Source of the DNA: Phycisphaera sp.
GTDB lineage: Bacteria > Planctomycetota > Phycisphaerae > Phycisphaerales > Phycisphaeraceae
Assembly: GCA_028285385.1 (NCBI GenBank)
Contig: JANQPR010000030.1
Coordinates: forward strand, 1-47,352
Length of the DNA: 47,352 nt
Reading direction: 5' to 3'
Under the pieces are notes generated by a model. The model saw only the letters and a program-made list of their open reading frames with translations, was not told the DNA's origin and made no database searches. Both the position numbers and the translations under genes were made by a program. Every line of letters begins with the position of its first letter. Position 1 is the stretch's first letter. Positions 46,955-47,352 of the stretch are shown piece by piece.

Positions 46955-47352
46955 TCAAGCCCAGATGCCGTGGACGAACCAGGAGCCACGCGGGGACTGT
47001 CCCTCGCGCTGCCCTGAACGGAACACCCACAGCCAACGGCCGTCCCGGGTGCAGACCCGGAAGTAGTCGCGTTGGCCGCAGCGACCGCGCCACCACTCGT
47101 CGGTGATGCGCTCGGGGCCGACGGACCGTGTGACGGGTTGTGAATCACCACGCCACGTGAGGCTGACCACCGGGCCGTCGGGCGTGACGGCCATGACTCG
47201 GGCCGCTTCCGGTGGGTGCAGCAAGCGGGACGGGCGTTCGAACGGCGTGACTTCGGCGACGCTATTGCTCGGGGAATCCGTGGCTGCCTGCCGGCGGTAG
47301 GCCCGCTCGGGGACGTGGCTCTCGTGCGGCGCGACCCGCATCAGGCGGCTCG
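46955..47352 (-). CDS. imuB: ImuB (Y-family polymerase-like mutasome protein), C-terminal part; N-terminus lies beyond the window
   Basis: C-terminal RITDEWWRG...DYFRVCTRDGRWLWVFR...WFVHGIWA matches the ImuB C-terminus. It sits 12 nt upstream of dnaE2. Confidence 0.7.
   Translation of the reverse strand, partial: SRLMRVAPHESHVPERAYRRQAATDSPSNSVAEVTPFERPSRLLHPPEAARVMAVTPDGPVVSLTWRGDSQPVTRSVGPERITDEWWRGRCGQRDYFRVCTRDGRWLWVFRSGQREGQSPRGSWFVHGIWA

Overview
This is a high-GC window with Planctomycetota-type genes: PEP-CTERM proteins, a DUF1559 pseudopilin-like protein with the prepilin N-terminal motif, and an XylR/AraC regulator. It falls into three parts.

(1) 1-18.3 kb is a polysaccharide-degradation neighbourhood. 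It holds the 3' end of an AGE-family epimerase gene, a heparinase II/III-like lyase, two divergently oriented double beta-helix GH55-like glycosidases, PEP-CTERM proteins, an XylR-like regulator and a GH95-like hydrolase.

(2) 19.05-30.0 kb is a dense minus-strand tRNA array with about 34 tRNA or tRNA-like genes. Several members are structurally non-canonical. An RtcB RNA-ligase gene, an SPFH/band-7 gene, an unknown 274-aa gene and a small MerR-type (excisionase-like) ORF lie inside the array. The whole segment is bracketed by a pair of imperfect ~135-bp direct repeats, each made of the 3' half of a tRNA, a hairpin terminator and a downstream block.

(3) 30.0-41.2 kb is a lower-GC island encoding a candidate defence system and a separate membrane/effector module. 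The defence candidate is a three-gene operon: a PD-(D/E)xK-like nuclease fused to a vWA domain, a small 3-TM membrane protein, and a 1138-aa HD-domain plus GHKL-ATPase protein. The second module is a Zn-metallopeptidase with Sel1 repeats, a membrane protein and a patatin-like phospholipase. After the island come mobile-element-type genes (an ArdC antirestriction homologue, an HTH regulator, small ORFs) and a dnaE2-imuB mutasome cassette whose imuB runs off the window end.

The tRNA folds were done by hand, so tRNA coordinates are +/-2 nt.
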